Source of the DNA: Candidatus Bathyarchaeota archaeon
GTDB lineage: Archaea > Thermoproteota > Bathyarchaeia > Bathyarchaeales > Bathycorpusculaceae
Direction of reading: 5' to 3'
DNA length: 64,000 bases
Assembly (NCBI GenBank): GCA_003151735.1
Contig: PLYI01000118.1
Location: 77,030 to 141,029 of the forward strand
Shown: positions 1 to 9,897 of the stretch, one piece after another
How positions within the stretch are numbered: the first letter of the stretch is position 1
Layout: each line of letters begins with the position of its first letter
Made by a program: the position numbers and the translations under genes
Notes under the pieces: generated by a model
Told to the model about the DNA's origin: nothing
Seen by the model: only the letters and a program-made list of their open reading frames with translations
Databases searched by the model: none

Positions 1-1015
1 TTTGAGGATAGACCCCATAATAGGCAACCAAGGCAAAAAATATGCAACATCACTTATATCGTTAAATCATAGATGTAATAAAAAGTGGCACCCTTGACTA
101 TCCAAGATAAAGTGAAAGAAACTGAAAGAACTCCCACAGTTAAACAGCTTCAACGACGCAAACGCACAATAGAACTCAGCTGCAAAGGCTTAACTATCCC
201 TCAAATAAACAACGCCCTCCACCAAGAAAACTTTGAAACAAGCGAACACACAGTTTTTGATGACCTCCACAGCCAAACAGCCGACGAGTATCGAGAAGAG
301 TTGGAGCGGCAACAACGTGCCGACATCACAATGGCGCAAAAGGACCTAAAGCTTCGCCTTGAATACCGCGACAGAATGATAGACCGTTTGACGCCTAAGA
401 AAATCGAGCAGAAAATAGAGGGTGGCGAAATCTTTAGGGTGGAGATAGTTGATAACAGCAAACAGCCAGCTCATCGAGTTTAGACTTCATCCCAAACAAC
501 TCGAAATATACCATGACGCGCACCGCTACAAATTGGTTCAGGCAGGTCGCCGTTTCGGCAAAACCCAGCTTGCATGGACTATATGCCTTATCTTTATGCT
601 TCAGAACCCAGGTTGCCTTCTCTGGTGGGTAGCGCCATTATACAAAGAGTTGATTCCAGCGACTAAAACAGTGCGGGACATCACGCCTAAACCATGGGTT
701 AAGAAGCAGCTGGAAAACAGTGAGATAATCAGGTACATTAAACTCTTCAATGGGTCCGAATGTTTCTTTCACAGCGCCGATAGAGAAGATTCCCTTAGAG
801 GTTCAGGTATTCATGGCTTAGTCGTAGACGAAGCACCTATCCTAAAACAAAACCGTTGGGAATCAGAACTCAAACCCTCACTCATAGATTACAATGGCTG
901 GGCACTTTTCATCGGCACCCCACGGGGAACAACATGGTTCACTAAACTATTCACCCGGGGACAAGACCCATTGAATATGGAATATAAAAGTTGGCAGCTA
1001 AGCAGTTATAGCAAT
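1..1015 (+). repeat. Diverged direct repeat copy 1 (terS upstream region, terS, 5' terL); pairs with 62987-64000
   Basis: Manual alignment at offset ~62985 with one 1-bp indel near the start; homology may extend beyond both window edges. Confidence 0.97.
85..483 (+). CDS. Putative terminase small subunit (HTH-containing), copy 1
   Basis: 132 aa; N-terminal HTH-like segment, helical middle, C-terminal beta strand (FRVEIVD); overlaps the terL start. Confidence 0.7.
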   Translation: MAPLTIQDKVKETERTPTVKQLQRRKRTIELSCKGLTIPQINNALHQENFETSEHTVFDDLHSQTADEYREELERQQRADITMAQKDLKLRLEYRDRMIDRLTPKKIEQKIEGGEIFRVEIVDNSKQPAHRV

Positions 1016-1744
1016 AGCACTGAGCAAGGTGGCTTCTTACCTAAAGCGAATATAGACGCCATCGCAAACGACATGCCCGAGCTGCTTAGGCGCCAGGAAA
1101 TCAATGCTGAAACATTGGAGGGTGAAGGAGTAGTTTTCCGCAATATTGTAAACAGGATAAAACCTGACAAAGAAATAAAGCCGTATCAAATCGGCGAAAT
1201 AATTGTGGTTGGCAGCGACTTAGCGAAAAACGTGGATTACTACGTTAACATAGCGCTTCGCTTAAACGGTGAAGTTGTTGGGTTTGAGAGGTACAATAAA
1301 TTGGATTGGCCTTTTATGCGTAAACGCGGCATAGAGTTTTGTAAGCGGTTCGGAAACGCATATTTATTGATTGACTCGTCAGGCGTTGGAGACCCTGTGT
1401 TTGACGAACTGAAAAGGGAATATGGCAAAGTTGAAGGCTACAAGTTCACTAGCCCAACCAAAAAAGCCCTGATAGAAAATCTTAGCATCATGCTTGATAA
1501 CGGCGAAATCACGTTTCCAGGCAACCCTGAAACAAAAGAGTTCAGCACCACACTTAACCCAGATTTCAATGTGCTGAAAACGGAGTTGGAAAGCTTCACC
1601 TACGACCTTTTACCATCTGGACTTATCCATTACGGAGCTCCTGAAGGATTGCATGATGACTGTGTTGTAGCCTTGGCTCTTGCAGCATTCATGATTAAAC
1701 AACGCAAGTTTATTGCTCCGCTTGGGGCTTTCAGATTTGGGTGA
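449..1744 (+). CDS. terL: Terminase large subunit (ATPase + RNase H-like nuclease), copy 1
   Basis: Walker A AGRRFGKT, Walker B LVVDEA, coupling motif FIGTP, nuclease GSDLAKNVD and HDDCVVALA. Confidence 0.93.
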   Translation: MITANSQLIEFRLHPKQLEIYHDAHRYKLVQAGRRFGKTQLAWTICLIFMLQNPGCLLWWVAPLYKELIPATKTVRDITPKPWVKKQLENSEIIRYIKLFNGSECFFHSADREDSLRGSGIHGLVVDEAPILKQNRWESELKPSLIDYNGWALFIGTPRGTTWFTKLFTRGQDPLNMEYKSWQLSSYSNSTEQGGFLPKANIDAIANDMPELLRRQEINAETLEGEGVVFRNIVNRIKPDKEIKPYQIGEIIVVGSDLAKNVDYYVNIALRLNGEVVGFERYNKLDWPFMRKRGIEFCKRFGNAYLLIDSSGVGDPVFDELKREYGKVEGYKFTSPTKKALIENLSIMLDNGEITFPGNPETKEFSTTLNPDFNVLKTELESFTYDLLPSGLIHYGAPEGLHDDCVVALALAAFMIKQRKFIAPLGAFRFG

Positions 1745-1831
1745 CTAAATAAATAGCAGTGTTGAAAATTAAGAAGGATTTGTAACACGACAACGCATAG
1801 CCAGCTTACGAAATCCACGTTATTTAGGCTA

Positions 1832-2512
1832 TTAATGAAAACCAAGAATCTTGCTGAGTTTATCCAAAGCTCTGTCTGATGCTTCTTTATCTGGAAACTC
1901 GATGTCTTCTTCTTTCAATTCGGTGCCGGCAAAAAGGCACAGTGCCTCCATGCCCATCCGCTTTGACAAACCAAACACCAGCCCTGAGAAGCCCATGAAG
2001 GGCCCTTTGTATCCTATGTCGATACCATATTTTTCTTTTATCTCTGCAACTAATTCTTTACTGGTAGCGGCTCCACATATTTTCTTGTCTTTTGAACCAT
2101 AACCTGCAACAACTATTATACGTTTGACGTGGTTTTCAGCTAAAAAATTGAGCACTTTTACTGCAACTTCATATTGGCCTTCAAAATTTGCGTGATATCC
2201 TTTTGTAATGATTAAAGAAGGAGTGGAACAAGCGTAGAATTGGACTTTAGGAAAGTCTGCTTCGCCTGATTCAACGATGACTCCTCCCGTGCCAGGCAAC
2301 ATTGGATGGGCAGCGTAGGAGGGTTTGGTTTGGTAGATAGACGGCATATGCGTAGAATACAAGTCTGCAATTAGCGTTGCTTGGGTTTTAGCTATGAGAC
2401 TTTCCATAACGAGTTTGCCTATAGACCTTAACCCTGGCGAGCCAACTACAGCTATGGGTTCGATGAGTTCAGCGTCGCCGCGGCGTTCTATCCACGTTTC
2501 CTTTTCCATCAA
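1832..2512 (-). CDS. PAC2 family proteasome assembly chaperone-like protein
   Basis: VVGSPGLRSIGKL, GFSGLVFG, PDKEAS motifs. Confidence 0.85.
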   Translation of the reverse strand: MMEKETWIERRGDAELIEPIAVVGSPGLRSIGKLVMESLIAKTQATLIADLYSTHMPSIYQTKPSYAAHPMLPGTGGVIVESGEADFPKVQFYACSTPSLIITKGYHANFEGQYEVAVKVLNFLAENHVKRIIVVAGYGSKDKKICGAATSKELVAEIKEKYGIDIGYKGPFMGFSGLVFGLSKRMGMEALCLFAGTELKEEDIEFPDKEASDRALDKLSKILGFH

Positions 2513-2524
2513 TGCATCCTCAGT

Positions 2525-3307
2525 TTAAGTAACGTAGGCGGGTTTCTTACCTGAACGGGTGATTTCTTCTCGTATTCGATGCTCAATTTCAACCATTTTT
2601 GCAATTGCCTCATCCATCTGCACCGCCTGCTTTTCCATGGGTTCCATGTCTACTTTCAAATTCAACATTGAAGTTAAAACTTTCAGAGCTGCCTTTGCTG
2701 CCCGGGGATCTATAACATCTCCAGTTGTAGTCTGATACCCGCGAGTTTCCGCAAGCAAACACACGCCTTCCACGTTTTTCTTTTTGGCGAGACCCATTAT
2801 TACGCCATTTTCGCCACCGATGATGCCATTATTTAGAAGTTGGGCGCCATGTGCCTTAGCTTCTTCAAGCAAAGCTAACGTTGTCGTAGTGCAGTAGACG
2901 TTTGGCGCCTCAAAGGATCTCTCCGTTATGTATGCTGCAATGGAGTATACTCTTTGTACGCCATTGGTGATTGCCCAGTCCAAAACTGCATCCGCTATCT
3001 CGTATTGGCCCTCAGGTGAATAAGCCTGTGAGTTGCCGGTGAGAAAAACGATGGTTCGTCCAGATTCGTCTTTGAATTGGTGGAGTTCGTTTCGAAGAAG
3101 CTCAACAAGTCCGTCTTCCCTAATAACGACAAAGGGTGGAAAATACTTCGAGTATACTTCCCCGACCAGTTCAGCTTTGAGTTCCTTGGTGAGGTAGTCA
3201 ACTGAAAGTTTTCCAATGTAGGCTGTTCCAGGCAATCCGCATACGAGTATTAATTGGCTGGGCGTAAACTCTTTTAGCATTTTGATTTCGACGTTCATAA
3301 GCTGCAA
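2525..3307 (-). CDS. PAC2 family proteasome assembly chaperone-like protein
   Basis: GLPGTAYIGKL, GQYEIA, CLLAET, DPRAA motifs. Confidence 0.9.
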   Translation of the reverse strand: MQLMNVEIKMLKEFTPSQLILVCGLPGTAYIGKLSVDYLTKELKAELVGEVYSKYFPPFVVIREDGLVELLRNELHQFKDESGRTIVFLTGNSQAYSPEGQYEIADAVLDWAITNGVQRVYSIAAYITERSFEAPNVYCTTTTLALLEEAKAHGAQLLNNGIIGGENGVIMGLAKKKNVEGVCLLAETRGYQTTTGDVIDPRAAKAALKVLTSMLNLKVDMEPMEKQAVQMDEAIAKMVEIEHRIREEITRSGKKPAYVT

Positions 3308-3758
3308 ACCAACTTCAATTCAAGCTAGGTGGTTAACACAAATGAACTTTTTGTTTGCCCATCATCTATTTTCCCTGTTGTAAGAGTCTCTTGCAAGTGC
3401 AACTAGTTGAGGGGGTTCTGTGGTTTCTGTAACATGGATATAGCTTCATATAGAGGCGGTTTACAGTTTCCTGAAAACTCAATACAGCATGGTCATGAAT
3501 AAGGTTAGAGGCTTAGGAAACGTTGCCTGCTTCGCGTTGTATAGTATACTGTGCTTGGTTCTGAACAGAGAGGTGGCAGAGAACATCGGAAGATTCGACA
3601 AAGTATAGTTGTTTGACTGACTTTAGGCTTTTAAAGCGTAGTTTGTTTGTTTTGGATTGGCATTGTTTTATTCAAAAACGTCGTTCCGCCCATCAGGATA
3701 AACATGTGCATTGCAGTCCGAAGTTAGTCAAATAACTATAGACAATGGCAGATGACTT

Positions 3759-3995
3759 CTATGTTGGTTTTGGTGTTGGTGTGCGTTCGGGTAGCTGCGA
3801 GTAGGTTCCGTCGCTGGTTCGGTAAGCAGCCATTCTACCAATAGTCTCCCATTGGTCGCCTTCAGGGTGGCGGATCTGGACAGTGATTACTTCTGCGGTT
3901 GGGTCAGTTTTTCCAGCCCACACCGTTAAGGTTAAGAAATCCCCGTTTGGCAGCTTGGTTCGCATGCTTGCTTTAGGCTGAGACGTGCCAGACAT
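3759..3995 (-). CDS. Small hypothetical protein
   Basis: ATG start (MSGTSQPK) preceded by GAGGGTG; protein-like composition. Confidence 0.6.
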   Translation of the reverse strand: MSGTSQPKASMRTKLPNGDFLTLTVWAGKTDPTAEVITVQIRHPEGDQWETIGRMAAYRTSDGTYSQLPERTPTPKPT

Positions 3996-4099
3996 AAATT
4001 CACCCTCAAACAACAAACCTTAAGGTTGATTTAAGAGGTAATATCTTTTTCCGCAAAAGAGGGAGATCTTCAGTTCTTTTTCTTTGCGGTTGGTGGTTT

Positions 4100-4444
4100 T
4101 TGCTACTAATTCCGATTGCTCGTGGTCGAAAGGTAATGGTTACACCTATTCTGTCTGTTAATGAATGGAAGCAGGAAGCGAAGGACATGTATGATAGGGT
4201 CGACATCAATTCTAAGGTTGGTCCAGTGGTCGATGCGGTTGGCGGCATAGCTGTCGAGTTACTTGCGGAAAAAGCTGCGCGTAACAAGTTTGCGTTTTGT
4301 GAAGAAGGGATAGTTCTATATCCTTCAGGTGGACCAATCCTGCATCGCTGGAGTAGGATACGTTCTTTTAGTGCGCACCCAAAAGAGAACCGATTTGATT
4401 TCAAAGTGAGCGGGTATATTTCGGCGTTCTCTTTTCACACTTGA
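4100..4444 (+). CDS. Hypothetical protein
   Basis: 114-aa ORF with no recognised motif. Confidence 0.35.
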   Translation: MLLIPIARGRKVMVTPILSVNEWKQEAKDMYDRVDINSKVGPVVDAVGGIAVELLAEKAARNKFAFCEEGIVLYPSGGPILHRWSRIRSFSAHPKENRFDFKVSGYISAFSFHT

Positions 4445-4547
4445 GACAAATTCGAAAGTGTCAAACGAGTATTGTCAGAACGGATTGCAGTGAGATGAGG
4501 TTCTCGCTAAGTCTTGGTGGCGTATAGGCAGACATCATTTATGCAGT

Positions 4548-4622
4548 AATTTGTTTGCTTCCCCGATGAATACATACACGCATGAGGTTTCTTTCCAATA
4601 GATTACTGAATGATTGATTATA
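4548..4622 (-). pseudogene. Relic of the promoter region and first 12 codons (MRVCIHRGSKQI) of the MBL hydrolase gene at 58025
   Basis: Reverse complement aligns to 57987-58060 with 7 mismatches and 1 indel over 75 bp. Confidence 0.85.
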
Positions 4623-4850
4623 TTTGTTTACTGAAGTGATTCAACAATATCTATGATTTCTTTGAAGTCTAAGAGCTGGTAAGCCATCTATGCAATAACC
4701 GATGCAACAACAGCTGCTTGCGTAGTACTTGTCGTTTCAGTTATAATTATCCCCTTCATAATGTAACCACGATTGATGCTTATTTGTGATTCACAAAGAA
4801 TAAGTGATTGAAGCAGAGATGACAATAATTACAGTAAGCTGGGTGTTGGT

Positions 4851-5663
4851 TTGTCTGGGGTGTTAACTGTAGAGCCTTTGGTTGAGGGTTCAGGTGTTTC
4901 CGTTCGATTTGGGTCTTTTTTAGCTTTGGATAATTTGAGTTTACGCGTGATGCCTGGGAAAGTTTTTGGATTGTTAGGTCCGAATGGTGCGGGGAAAACA
5001 ACGACCATTAAGGTCTTAATGGGGTTAGTGGCGGCTTCTTTGGGTAATGTGAAGGTTTGCGGTTTAAATCCCTTGTTGGAGCCTATAGCTGTGAAGTCAA
5101 GGATTGGTTACGTCGCTGAAAACTCTATCGTATATGAGAGTTTGTCTCCGAGAGATTTTTTCGAGTTTGTCGTGTCAATGAGGAAAATTGATCCTGTTTC
5201 TGCTAATCGAGTAGTGTCTCGGTTGGCGGATGTTTTTGATTTGGCAGCGTATTTTGATTCGCCTATTGCTACTTTGTCAATGGGGCTTAAGCAGAAAGTG
5301 GCTTTGATTGCGGCTTTTATTCATCAGCCGCCTGTTTTGCTTTTGGATGAGCCTTTGAATGGGTTAGATGCTAAAAGTAGTCGCGTTGTAAAGGATTTAA
5401 TGTCTTTGCATGTCCAGAGGGGTGGGGCGGTTTTGTTTTCTACACATATAATGGAGATTGCTGAGCAACTCTGTACAAGGATTGCCATTATTGATCATGG
5501 CAAAGTGGTTGCTGTAGGAACGCTGGATCAGTTGAGAAGTAAAACTGATGGTTTGGGATCCTCTTTGGAAGATGTGTTTTTGAAGTTGACTAATGAAGAG
5601 TCCGCGGTTGCTGATAGATCGAGGATGCTTCGGGAGGCATTCTTTGGTAATGAAGCTCACTGA
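4851..5663 (+). CDS. ABC transporter ATP-binding protein
   Basis: GPNGAGKTT, LSMGLKQK, LLLDEP, STH. Confidence 0.95.
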   Translation: MSGVLTVEPLVEGSGVSVRFGSFLALDNLSLRVMPGKVFGLLGPNGAGKTTTIKVLMGLVAASLGNVKVCGLNPLLEPIAVKSRIGYVAENSIVYESLSPRDFFEFVVSMRKIDPVSANRVVSRLADVFDLAAYFDSPIATLSMGLKQKVALIAAFIHQPPVLLLDEPLNGLDAKSSRVVKDLMSLHVQRGGAVLFSTHIMEIAEQLCTRIAIIDHGKVVAVGTLDQLRSKTDGLGSSLEDVFLKLTNEESAVADRSRMLREAFFGNEAH

Positions 5664-7269
5664 AGCTTGGCGTCTTAGCAGTCTACCGTATAGAGAAGTG
5701 GTGTATAGGTCATTAGCGCAGGAAAGGAATCGAATGTGGTGGGGCTCTTTTGGAAGAAAAGAAGCTAACAAAGATTCAGCTGATGATTCTGAGTTAAGCA
5801 AAAAGGCGTTACAGATTGCCAAGTTTGATAAATCAATTATTTCCCTTTTTAATATTGTAGTTTCAATAATTCCTTTCGGTTCCCTTTTGCTAGGCTCAAA
5901 GACTTTGGGTTTGAGCAGTTCGATTTCTCTTAGTTTGGCTATCACTTTTGGGTTTATGACCCTGTATGCAATTCAAACACTTTCTTCTTTTGTAGGCTCT
6001 GAGTCTTCAGTTTTGTTGTCTACTCTGCCCATTTCTTCAGATGATTTTTCATTGATTACATTGTTTTCTTTTGTTAGGTCAGTTGATTATTTGGTTGTGG
6101 GCTCTGTCTTAAGCCAGGTAGTCTTGGTTGCATACCTTACTGCGTCTCCTTTGGCTACTGCGCTCATGTTTCTTGCTTCTTTGATAAATTCAGTTTTTGC
6201 TGTCGCCGTAGCTTTGTGGCTCTCAAGGGTATTTCATAAGAATTATTTGCGGGGTGGAAGATCTAAGCGGACAACTGTTTTTCGCGGTTTGTTTGTCTTA
6301 CTTTGGGGATGCTTGCTTATGGGTGTAGGTTTACTTTTGAGCGTGCCATATTATATTCTGCCTATTTTGGATAGCACATTGCAGAGCGCTAATACATTAG
6401 TGTGTTTTCTGTTCAGTTTGATCTACCCTTTTTCGGCTGGCATTCTTGTTTCTAAATTGTCAGGTTCTATAATTCCTCTTTTCACTACGTTTGGGGCTTT
6501 GGCGGCTATGGTTTTTTATGTTTTAGGGGCTTGGTTTTCAGCTAAATGGAGCTTGGGCACCGTGAAGCTTATCGCTCAAGGGGCTGGCGTGAGAATTGAT
6601 AGATCCAGAGCTATCGATTTTCAGATTAAGACAAGTGGTCCTTTGCGAGGTTATGTTATGAAGGATCTGCGGGTTACTTCAAGAAATCCTGCTACAGCAT
6701 TCTTTTTTGTTCTTCCAGTCTTTGAAACGGTAATTGTAGCTTTTTTGGCTTCGAATGTAGCTTTTTTGAGAGCTTCAACTGTGCTTGTTGCTACTTCTAT
6801 GGGTGCTATTTTTGCTCTATTAATTCCTCTTGCTCTTTTGAATTCAGAGGGCAAAGGAATAGAGTATGCTAAAACCTTGCCGATTACTTCTCAAAGAATG
6901 GTTTCTGCGAAAGCTCTGATAACTATGTTGACTTTTTTTCCGGTTCCTGTTGCTTTGTTTTGTCTTGCGTTGTTTAAGCCGCCGACTTCGTGGTTTGCAG
7001 TTCTGATACCTTTTTTTATGGTAATTTCAATTGTTTCGGCAAGTATTTTTGAGATTTTGATTTTTTTGCGTTCAGTTGGTAAAAGTAGAATAGCTGGTGT
7101 TATCAATGATGTGGAAAAGATCCTTGTTGGGCTTTTGACTATTGTTGTACCTGAAGTTGCTTACGTAAAAGTGTATCTGTTCTCATTTAACCATGCACTT
7201 GCAACTCTAACTATGTGTGGAACTGCACTTGCTGAATTATGGATAGCGCTCTTCATGCTTAGGCGATAA
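5650..7269 (+). CDS. ABC transporter permease (multi-TM)
   Basis: Many hydrophobic helices; ATG at 5650 overlaps the end of the ATPase gene. Confidence 0.8.
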   Translation: MKLTEAWRLSSLPYREVVYRSLAQERNRMWWGSFGRKEANKDSADDSELSKKALQIAKFDKSIISLFNIVVSIIPFGSLLLGSKTLGLSSSISLSLAITFGFMTLYAIQTLSSFVGSESSVLLSTLPISSDDFSLITLFSFVRSVDYLVVGSVLSQVVLVAYLTASPLATALMFLASLINSVFAVAVALWLSRVFHKNYLRGGRSKRTTVFRGLFVLLWGCLLMGVGLLLSVPYYILPILDSTLQSANTLVCFLFSLIYPFSAGILVSKLSGSIIPLFTTFGALAAMVFYVLGAWFSAKWSLGTVKLIAQGAGVRIDRSRAIDFQIKTSGPLRGYVMKDLRVTSRNPATAFFFVLPVFETVIVAFLASNVAFLRASTVLVATSMGAIFALLIPLALLNSEGKGIEYAKTLPITSQRMVSAKALITMLTFFPVPVALFCLALFKPPTSWFAVLIPFFMVISIVSASIFEILIFLRSVGKSRIAGVINDVEKILVGLLTIVVPEVAYVKVYLFSFNHALATLTMCGTALAELWIALFMLRR

Positions 7270-7397
7270 TGAAGTATTTTTGGAAATTTAATCGGCAAAA
7301 CATAACAGCAGGTAATGTTTTTAAGAGGGCTGGGGTTAATTTCAAAATTGATAAGCCAGCAAAAAGTCTAATGGTCTATCCAGTGTGGGGGTTTTAA

Positions 7398-8627
7398 ATG
7401 CAATATAGAACTGTACCGAAAAATGGCGATAAGTTATCTGTTCTTGGATTTGGAACAATGCGATTGCCATTAAGAGGGGAAAAAATCGATGAGGAACGTG
7501 CCATTAACCAAATGCGCTTCGCAATCGAGAAGGGTGTAAACTACTTTGATTCAGCTCCACCCTATCATGGCGGCGAAAGCGAGAAAGTGCTTGGAAAAGC
7601 GTTGTTAGGCGGCTACAGAGAAAAAGTAAAGATCGCCACTAAACTTACTCCTTTTCTCCTAAATGAAGCCGAAGACATGGACAAAATGCTTAGTCTGCAG
7701 CTGAAAAAACTTCAAACAGATCATGTAGACTACTACCTTCTACATGGACTCGAAGAAGAATCTTGGAGTAAACTGCTTGGTTTTGGTGTTTTTGAATTTT
7801 TAGAAAAAGCAAAAGCTGATGGAAAAATCGTTAACTTGGGTTTTTCGTTTCATGGTTCACTTAATACTTTCAAAAAGATCGTTGATGCCTATGACTGGGC
7901 GATGTGTCAAATACTCTATAATTTTTTGGATGAGAATTTGCAGGCTGGAATTAAGGGGCTTAAGTATGCTGCTTCTAAGAATCTTGCGGTTATGATTATG
8001 GAGCCGCTGAGAGGCGGAACGTTAGCGGAAAAGCTTCCAGATAAAGTAAAACGGTTTTATGATGGCGCTAAAATTCAAAGGTCTCCGGCTGAGTGGGGTC
8101 TTCGTTGGGTTTGGAATCATCCACAAGTAACATTGGCGCTTTCTGGAATGAACGATGAAAACCACGTTGCCGAAAACATTAAGGCTGCTGAAACTGCGTT
8201 GCCATGCTCAATGAAACGCAGTGAGCTCACCGTTATCAAGAATGTGGCTGAATCTTTTAGGGGTCTAATGAAGGTTCCATGTACAGGCTGCCAATACTGT
8301 ATGCCTTGTCCTTATGGAGTGAACATCCCCAGCAACTTTAGAATTTACAATGACTATTACCTGTTTGGAGATGAACAACAATCACGTGCAATGTATGGCA
8401 TGATGTTGTTAGGTGGCCTTTCAGGTAAACGATCTGATGCTACATTATGTAAAGAATGCAAAAAATGTATGGAACGTTGTCCACAGCACATTGCGATTCC
8501 TGAAAAACTTAAGTCAGTGTTATATGATCTTGGTGGCCCTAAAACAGAGGCGATTTTTGAAATGCGAAAAAGGGGCCATTCAAAAGACGCTGCGAAAACT
8601 GAATCAACACTAAAAAAGCCGATCTAA
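7398..8627 (+). CDS. Aldo/keto reductase with C-terminal 4Fe-4S domain
   Basis: LGFGTMRLP, DSAPPY, MEPLRGG; CTGCQYCMPCP and CKECKKCMERCP. Confidence 0.93.
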   Translation: MQYRTVPKNGDKLSVLGFGTMRLPLRGEKIDEERAINQMRFAIEKGVNYFDSAPPYHGGESEKVLGKALLGGYREKVKIATKLTPFLLNEAEDMDKMLSLQLKKLQTDHVDYYLLHGLEEESWSKLLGFGVFEFLEKAKADGKIVNLGFSFHGSLNTFKKIVDAYDWAMCQILYNFLDENLQAGIKGLKYAASKNLAVMIMEPLRGGTLAEKLPDKVKRFYDGAKIQRSPAEWGLRWVWNHPQVTLALSGMNDENHVAENIKAAETALPCSMKRSELTVIKNVAESFRGLMKVPCTGCQYCMPCPYGVNIPSNFRIYNDYYLFGDEQQSRAMYGMMLLGGLSGKRSDATLCKECKKCMERCPQHIAIPEKLKSVLYDLGGPKTEAIFEMRKRGHSKDAAKTESTLKKPI

Positions 8628-8715
8628 CTTCAATGGACATTTCATTTAGAAATATTCAGCGAGATCTAAAGGGTTAAGTGGAAATCGAGATTTCTCCCCG
8701 AAGGTTTGCTTTTTC

Positions 8716-8913
8716 TTATATTAGGTAGTCGACTTTGCGTTTGTGATATCTTTTGCATTCTTTGACGATTTTCGTCATAGTCGGCATATATGTCATTCCA
8801 GCGAAAAATATGAGTTGCGATGACTGATCATGCTTTGTTTCGTGGTATTCAGGGCACGCTACACATTCATCGGGGAACCCACTGAAGCATGGACGTTGTA
8901 TTTCCAGCAACAC
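8716..8913 (-). CDS. Small Cys-containing hypothetical protein
   Basis: 65-aa ORF with CxxC. Confidence 0.35.
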   Translation of the reverse strand: MLLEIQRPCFSGFPDECVACPEYHETKHDQSSQLIFFAGMTYMPTMTKIVKECKRYHKRKVDYLI

Positions 8914-9103
8914 TAATCCCCAATTATTAATTGGGCGTTTAAATATTTAAAACAATCTAAAACAATTTAATCTGAAGCAAAAAACTCGATTTTTCTTGTT
9001 TCATCAAGGCAGTTGCAAGACGACAATAAGTGAGTATAATGTGTAACCCTGGCAAAGAAGATATCTTTTTATTTTCTTAAGACTAACACACTTTGGTGCA
9101 ATT

Positions 9104-9232
9104 ATGTCTTCGAATCCACTTGACGCTTACAAGGAGTTTGATCCAAAACTCATAGAACAATATGAAAAACTGCAAGGTCTAACTTACACAGAAGGAGCGT
9201 TAATTGGTTTGTTGTTGTTCTTTCAACGTTAA
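9104..9232 (+). pseudogene. Truncated carboxymuconolactone decarboxylase (CMD/AhpD)-like gene
   Basis: MSSNPLDAYKEFDPKLIEQYEKLQGLTYTEGAL resembles CMD N-termini; unrelated sequence and a stop follow. Confidence 0.5.
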
Positions 9233-9283
9233 TTTGGGACTCAATCCGTAGCCGACATCGAGAGTGTTGTTGGAATCTATCGA

Positions 9284-9673
9284 TTATTCAACTGGTTTAG
9301 CTATTTTCACAAAAGCAGTTGGGTAACTGAGGCGATAGTCAACACATTCCCTATCTGCATCGTTTCCACTTTCCTTTCTATACCTTTTTCCTCTGAAGCC
9401 CTTCTCATACAGGGTTACTCTTGCATTAAAAGCCAAAGTATCGCCCTTTTTCAACCCAAGGCGTTCAAACTGTTTTCCCATAGTAAACCATAGGTGGTCA
9501 GCTACACAGCGTTCAGAGTCAAAGTCAACGACATCTTTTAGCAAAACCGTAGTTTCACGTTTTCCTTTGTAACCAGTTTTTTCTCCGAATCGACTAAAAA
9601 CGCCTTTGAAGCGTTTTCTACCAGCTTGGTGGAACTTCCCTAACTCTGTCCTCAGCTTAATGCACCCTTTCAT
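9284..9673 (-). CDS. Phage/MGE-type hypothetical protein
   Basis: FSRFGEK, TVLLKDV, VADHLWF, GDTLAFNARV, DYRLSYPT pattern recalled from prophage proteins. Confidence 0.6.
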   Translation of the reverse strand: MKGCIKLRTELGKFHQAGRKRFKGVFSRFGEKTGYKGKRETTVLLKDVVDFDSERCVADHLWFTMGKQFERLGLKKGDTLAFNARVTLYEKGFRGKRYRKESGNDADRECVDYRLSYPTAFVKIAKPVE

Positions 9674-9897
9674 TTATCAACGTAGTAAGCACTGTATTTG
9701 CTCAGGAAATAAATATTCGCAACAAAAAGAAGAGTGACCGCTATGATGTTCAAAAAAACCTTCATTGACTTGACTCTTCAAAGCAAGAAAACAATACTTC
9801 CAGAGACAAACACTCAACGAAGTCGGTGAAGTCACTAACTTAAGACTTACACGGGTTCTGTTAAGTCTCTGTTACTTGAACAGAAACGTCACCTAAA

